From assembly GCF_009914755.1 (NCBI RefSeq), contig NC_060932.1: a stretch of 64,000 bases of DNA, one strand, 5' to 3'. The notes below the pieces were generated by a model. It had not been told where the DNA came from. It ran no database searches and saw only the letters and a program-made list of their open reading frames with translations. The number at the start of each line of letters is the position of its first letter. Positions within the stretch are counted from its first letter, which is position 1. Source of the DNA: the human T2T-CHM13v2.0 reference genome, Homo sapiens. Shown here one piece after another: positions 56,427 to 64,000 of the stretch. A program made the translations under genes and the position numbers.

Positions 56427-58344
56427 ACCACAAAGAGAAAGCTCAAATGATATAGCAATTTATTAAATATTTTACATACTATATCGAGTATCACAAATCC
56501 CAAAGAATCATGTTTCTATTAGAGGTAATAAAGCATATAAACTCTAAGTGATTAATGTCTACAATTTTTATATTGACAAGAACTCTGTATTCCATTACTT
56601 CACCAAAAACTTTTTGCAGTTTCTTTTCAGAGTATTTTTAAAATATTTTACAAATTTCAATATGTATATGCTTTTAAAAAATGCACTTAAGTACATTCTA
56701 TTTTCAAAATAGCATCATTTATTCAATAATATATTTTAAACTTTCATATGGCAGAGACAATTCCCATAAATTTGCTTTATATCATACACAACACTACCGT
56801 AGAATGCTCCTTGGTAACAACAAAATGTTGCATTTTGAAGCTTTATTGCATAGAAAGACCAATTTTGTTAATACATACTCTTTAAAGGTGGACTTGCCAT
56901 AAGCAATTCAAGTGTTTACAGTAAATATGAACAAACAGATATATTATTTAATCAACTCATGCTAAAGATTTGGGAATATCTTCCACTAATATCCAGAAAA
57001 CGAATTCTTACTATGTAATACAGTTGACCCATCTCAACACCTAATTTACATCACATACTCAGAAATGCCAAAAGAAGATCTTTGTCATATTTAACAACAC
57101 TTAAACTAACACAAAAACTTTGATATTGGATTAACCTTCTACAGAAATCTCTGTTTGCAATTTGTTTAATTTTAGAAATCTGTACAATTACCTCAGCACC
57201 TATCAAAACATGTCAATTTGTCAAGATACATTCTCATCAGACAAGCTTTTTCTATAATAGGTATAAAAATCAAATTCATAAGGCACTATTTCCAATCATG
57301 CTCCATACTTTTCTTGAATAAAAAATATTTTAAAAGATTTGTTTATAATAGTTACCCAGGGCACAGGTGTATGCACTAAAATTTTAAAAACCAACATATC
57401 TTGTAATGGTTATCATATACCATTTCCTTTTTAAAAGCCACATTATAAATTGATGAAAATGGCAATTTAATTTTAGGCCCCTAATTTTTCCCCAACTGCA
57501 ATAAGCCAAACTAGATAGAAGTAAATTAAATTTGGAAATTTTTCTTTATATTGTTATAACCCATACATTTTCTGAAAATTATGTTAAGAATGCAGGATCC
57601 ACACACAATAGACCCAAGTATCAATACTTGATGTGAAATATAAATCTCTCCCTTAATGTAGCAGCGAATTTCAGTTCTGAAATTCTGAAATCAGAGAAAA
57701 AATTTGATCTACATTATCTAAAAAGTTAGTTTTATGAAATTTTTCAATGGTCCAATGCTAAACTTGCTCTGTGTCATTATTTGCTCCACCACTGCTTAAG
57801 GACCAATCCAGAGTCTGGACTGGAAACAGCTACAGTAAAAGCTGCCAGAGAATACAGGTCCTCTGGGCTGAAAATAAATCAGAAGCAAAAGTTGGCAATA
57901 CAGATCTCTCACCATGCTGAAAAGACCTTTCATCCATGAAATAATCAAAAAGGAGAAAAAAGAATGGAGAAAAATTTCACTGAAAACAACTGGGACACCA
58001 AAATATCCATCTAAAACTTTCCGCCATATCCTAAAAGAAAGTCAGTTCCCCAGTACCAAAACTAAGTAGGTAATGGCCAAATGAATCCCTCAAACTAAAG
58101 CAAAAGAAAAAAAGAAAAGAACCAGAAAGTTTCATGGGCCAAAGGTAACCAAGCTAAGCTGTGAACACAAACAAGAGGTTGCAATGCAACAACCTTGACT
58201 TAACAGATACACATGTTAAGTCAAGCACAGTATCAATTAGATAACAAGGGGTCCAAGCTTGTACTTTCGTTCCATAACCTAGACAAAATTATTGTAAAAG
58301 ACACAGTGGTTAAGAAAAAGAAAAATATCATTTATGTCTATTCT

Positions 58345-58625
58345 TTTTGTTGTGTTGTTGAGACAGGGTCTAGCTCTGCAGTGGCGCAAAGTCGACTCAA
58401 TGCAACCTTAGCCTCCTGGGCTCAAGCAATCCTTCCACCTCAGCCTCCTGAGTAGCTGGGACTACAGGTGAGCACCACCATGCCTGGCTAATTTTTGAAT
58501 TTTTGGTAGAGATGGGGTTTTGCCATGTTGCTCAGGCTGGTCTTGAACTCCTGAGCTTAAGCTATCCACCTGCCTTGGCCTCTGAAAGTGCTAGGATTAC
58601 AGGCATGAGCCACCGTGCCTGGACC
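58345..58625 (-). mobile_element. AluJ
   Basis: GAGACAGGGTCT...GGGCTCAAGCAATCC; TSD-like ATTTATGTCTATTCT / ATTTACTTCTATTCT. Confidence 0.95.
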
Positions 58626-58868
58626 ATTTACTTCTATTCTAATCAACTATAAATTTGGATATGATTTGCTTTAATTGTCCTGATTCCTTGTAATGCTACC
58701 TTACAGAAGTTTTCCCTTCCCTGCTTGTCACTTTGACAACTTGTCTAAAACAAATCAGAATTGAACAAACTATGATTTTTTCTTTGAATTGTTCTAATTT
58801 ATGGGCACTCAAGGAGTTTGTTAATCACTGAAATATACGGAGGGTTTTATAGATTTATAAAGAGATCA

Positions 58869-59255
<387 letters not shown>

Positions 59256-59699
59256 AAAAATTATAATTTTAGAACAGTCCAAGAAATTACAAATGGCAGG
59301 AGCTCCCATCAAAATGGAGATTAGAACACACAGGTTTACACCTATCCCTCTCAAAACCCTCTCAAAACTACAATAAAGCCACAGAAAAGGATAAACCCCA
59401 AAAGACAAACAGCACAGGAATTGAATAGATAACAGTATATGGGAGATGTCAAAAATGTGGAAGCTAGAAAAATGTTTGGAAGTTAGAAAACAGATAAATA
59501 TGTAAGCAGCTAACTCAGCAGACCAAAAATAAGACTTAAGCTTGCAAAGAGAAAAGTCACAAGAAGCATGTGAATTCAGAGTAGTGAACCCTAACATCTT
59601 TTACAGCAAAATTTGCTGGTCAACTAGTTCCACTCTTACACACAGAGCTGCCAGAGGTAATTTTAGTGCTTCTCTCAAATATAATCCCCGTACATTTGA

Positions 59700-60870
59700 A
59701 GAAAGCCCATAAAGTGAAATGTCAGAGATCAAAACAAACACAAAAGAACAGACACAAGGCAGGGAGCAAAAGATAACTCAAAATAATAATAATGAAATAA
59801 TAACGTAGAAGAGAAAGCTATCTTAGACATTAAATATCTGATATGAAAAAATAGCAAGTTTGGAAGATAAACTTGAGGCAATCTCAGAAGAATAAAAAGA
59901 GAAAAAGAGGGAAAAGGAAACAGAAAAGATAATTGAAAGACTAACCTAAAAGGTTCAACAACCAAATAAAAGGAGATCCAGAGACAGAGAGGAGAGACAG
60001 TGAAAATTACCAAGAAATAGCAAACATGAAATCACATAGAACTGAAGGGTGTTTCCAGATTTAAAAAGTCAAAAGACACTCCATACGATGAATGGGGAAA
60101 AGATGTATACCAAGGCACATTATTAGGAAAGTTTTAAATAACAGGGACAATGCAAAGATCCAAAAACTCCCACATTCAAACATTCAAAGAATCAGGTATC
60201 TGAATGGCATCTATCTTCTCATCAGCATTATTGCTGAGCAAGGAAAAAGAGCAAGGTCTTCAAAATTATAAAAGAAAGTTATTTTCAATCCAAAATTTTA
60301 CACCCAATCAATCAATCAATCAATTAAGGGTAAATGTACAATAAAGACACGGTCAGATATGCAATGACTGAAAAAAACTGCTGCTGTCAGGAAGCTACTG
60401 GGAGATATGATACATAAAAATAAGGAAGTAAAACAAGAAAGACAGAAGACAGCATCAGGGATAAAGAGATTACAGAAGAAAAAAAAGAGGACATTCCACA
60501 GGTTGATGTTGAAAGGAAGTCTTAGGATGACAGCTGCTCAACACTCCTAAAGAGGAATTAGTTCCGATTAGTAAAGGACAGAAGACTATTGAAGGGATGA
60601 ATCAATAAAAAAAAAAAAGTACGGCATTAATAAATTGTGTTTGAACATACACAGAGGAGCTCAGAGATCCAGCAGAGAGTTTGGGAATATAGCATTTGGG
60701 AACAAACTAGTGATTAGAAAACTGTAAAAACAACAACAGTAACAAAAACGGAGACAATTATTGGTTCTGAAAATCACAAAAAGAAATAACATGTAATGAT
60801 AATATGATATAAGTGAACAGTATTTACACAGTTATAACTATATAAGAATTTGTTTTAATTGTGATTACAT
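59700..60870 (+). mobile_element. HAL1 / old L1 ORF1-like remnant
   Basis: A-rich strand with ACCAAGGCACAT, GAATGGCATCTATCTTCTCA, TTTTCAATCCAAAATTTTACACCCA, GGAAGCTACTGG motifs. Confidence 0.6.
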
Positions 60871-61238
60871 AGGAAAAATTAGACATAACAAGTAATCAAT
60901 TCTTTTACAAGTTTTCAATTTGTGGTAAATAATTTTATCTGAAATATTTCTTATTAAATAAAATTTACTTTTTACCATGTAAAGGAATGAGAATAAGTAA
61001 ATGTTCTTTACTGGTTTTCCTCAAAAAAAAAAAATATGTGTGTGTGTGTGTGTGTGTATGTATATTTATACACATTTTCAAATATATGTATACAAATATA
61101 CATATCTATACTTATATTTAGGAAAACCAGTAAAGAACAAATACATATTACATATTAATAAAAATAAAAATATTAAAGAATATAAAAATATATATTGTAA
61201 AAATATAAATATATAATAAATATATAAATATATATATG

Positions 61239-61579
<341 letters not shown>

Positions 61580-61859
61580 TAATTTTAAAACTAGATTTAA
61601 TATCTACCAACTCTTCCAAACATATTTGACCAGTTAAAATTTGTTTTAAAATGTTTTTTAAAAAATTGAATCTATATCAGTTCACACCAGATCAGTAATG
61701 TTATTTTGGTGGCCACAAGGTAGGGCAAAACCAGTAAGGGCAACCAGCAAAAAAAACCCGAAAACTAAACAAACAGAACAATAACAAAAACAAAAAACCT
61801 GGCCAAAATGTTACAACAGCAGTAGTGATGGTATAAGTAGTGGCATTAATAAAAACAAA

Positions 61860-62045
61860 AGCTAAACTTTATTGAGCATACTATGTGCAAAACATTGTTC
61901 TAGGTGTGTATATATGTAATTATATCCTCATAACAACTCTATTTGCAGATGGTAAAACTGAAGTAGAGAGGTTAAGTAACCTGCCCAAAGACATAAAGTT
62001 ATTTGGGAACAGAACTAGAATTCACATCCAGATAGTATGATCTAT
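61860..62045 (-). mobile_element. MIR
   Basis: TTTATTGAGCATACTATGTGC...CAGATGGTAAAACTGA...GGTTAAGTAACCTGCCCAA. Confidence 0.8.
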
Positions 62046-62170
62046 TTTTAGATAATGCAACCTCCCTTTTACCAAGTAAGTACATTACAGGCTTCTGGAC
62101 TGACTTGGGCTAATTCTCCTGCTGTTCTTTTCTTTACCTAATTCAAAAGGTTCTCAAAAGGTAGACTTTT

Positions 62171-62465
62171 GGCCAGAAACAGTGGCTCAGGCCTGTAATC
62201 CCAGCACTTTGAGAGGCCAAGGCGGGTGGATCACTTGAGGTCAGGAGTTCAAGACCAGCCTGGCCAACATGGCTAAACCTTGTCTCTACTAAAAATACAA
62301 AAATTAGCTGGGCATGGTGGCACACGCCTGTAACCCTAGCTACCTGGGAGGCTGAGGCAGGAGAATCGCTTGAACCCAGGAGGCAGAGGTTGCAGTAAGC
62401 CGGGGATCACGCCACTGCACTCCAGCCTGGGCGAGAGAGTGAGACTCCATCTCAAAGAAAAAAAG
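62171..62465 (+). mobile_element. AluS (Sz-like), full length
   Basis: GGATCACTTGAGGTCAGGAG; TSD AAGGTAGACTTTT on both sides. Confidence 0.97.
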
Positions 62466-64000
62466 AAGGTAGACTTTTGAAGGTCCCTATTGAACAGGGG
62501 TAAGGGGAAAGAGGGGAAGGCGGGGGAAGTTTCTGTCTAAGAAATGCTCACCTGAAACTGTATCACCACCTGAGGGGAATGGGTTATTCAAAGCACCCTG
62601 GCATTTCTCCCCACACCCATGCTGAGAATTAATTGCTTTAGTGAAGCATGTTTAAAGAGAACATGACATTATTCAGACATTAAGGACCGCAACCTGAACA
62701 GCTCTGAGTTCAGACCATAAGAGGTCACCAGAAAGTCCTCATTTCTTTTCCAAGGATAGAAGCTCTAAGACATAGTCTAAGACCAATTAGACTTCTTTTC
62801 TTTGAGTCATTAATAAGTTAATATGAAGTCAAATAACACCTTTCTTCAGATAAAAGTAAAGGACCTGATACATGCATAAAAGTGAAAAGATTTCATTCAA
62901 GCTTAACATCAAAAAGTATCCCATTTTTTGCTCAACATTTCACTTAAAATTCTTCTACATCCATTTAACTCCTTGTATTTTACTTAACATTGTGATCCTT
63001 AAGAAACGTCTGAGCTCCAGTGACAAGCAATTCTTCTAAACTCCTTATCAGTCTTTTAAAGTGCTTTAAAAATAGCATGTCAATGCTACATTCTATGCCT
63101 TATCTTATAAATTCAATTAACATCATTCTGCTTTGAAAATCATCATCCAATGTACCACATGTAGAATATTTGCTTTGCTGTTTTACTTAAAAACAAGTAC
63201 TCTTTTACTGTATAAATATTTAAAAACTCATTCAAGTACCTGTACAATATTCAATAAGCCATACCAGCAAACTTACAAATTAGTATTTTAAAAATCATCA
63301 ACTAAGTTCAAGAAATACATAAGAATGAATACTGCTTGTTGTGTAACTACCAAATTACCAAACTGCATGCTTACATTTTGAATACTAGAGTTAAACTAGT
63401 ACTAACTGCACAAATCCTGTATGCCTGCTTTTTATATACACAACCTAGATTAAACTTTGTGTTCATTTAGTCAAAAATGAATGTAAATTTTATAAAAAAT
63501 ATTTTACTTTTATGAAAAAGAGTATCACTTCAATGAAATAAATTGTCCTACTGAACATCAAGAGATGTGTAGTCTATGATAAATTAGCTGATTTAAAACT
63601 GTATATGTAATTCAATTTAAGCCAATTCACAAAAGAATCCCAAAGGAATAAATGATATAAACTATTTAAGATTCTGAGCCTTCAATGTGGATAAACTTTC
63701 CTGAGAAATTACATCTACTAATTTTAAAAGTTGCTAAAAATAAATGGCAATGTAGGATATACATTTACTGTAGAAAGACTTCAGATTCATTCTGCCTATC
63801 TCGTTCTTTTAAGTGCTTGTGAGAGTGTATGTGTGTACATATTGTATATTTTCTATGCAGGGCAACAACAGATAAAATAACCTCAAAATGGAAGCTACTG
63901 CCTGAAAAAATAATCTGAAGAAAGCATGTGAATATTGCTCAATGTGTGACTCTCCAAACTTTTTACTTTTTTCTTATAATTTCAGTAAAAAAGACTATAA

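Overview
Primate (almost certainly human) genomic DNA lying inside the Hippo kinase gene STK3 (MST2), which is transcribed from the minus strand. Only two coding exons are present: a 193-bp exon (39286->39094; D317-K380, with the caspase site DELD/S and seven Thr-Met docking motifs) and a 176-bp exon (18043->17868; R381-F439). By the usual numbering these are exons 9 and 10. The rest is intron, dense with fossil mobile elements (Alu, L1, L2, L3/CR1, MIR, MaLR/ERV LTRs, a near full-length Tigger1, hAT MITEs) and simple repeats. I see no RNA gene, CRISPR array or convincing novel protein-coding gene, and no clearly new biological system. The most interesting signals are: (i) reading-frame properties of the exon pair, namely a fully open alternative frame in exon 10 and a 369-nt stop-free circle potential flanked by inverted Alus; (ii) two fold-back inverted duplications (39879-39996, 61002-61139); (iii) candidate cryptic exons; and (iv) several mechanistically informative insertions (3' transductions, a twin-primed L1, an orphan L1 5' stub, deep nesting). 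Repeat subfamily names and most repeat boundaries were assigned by eye and are approximate.
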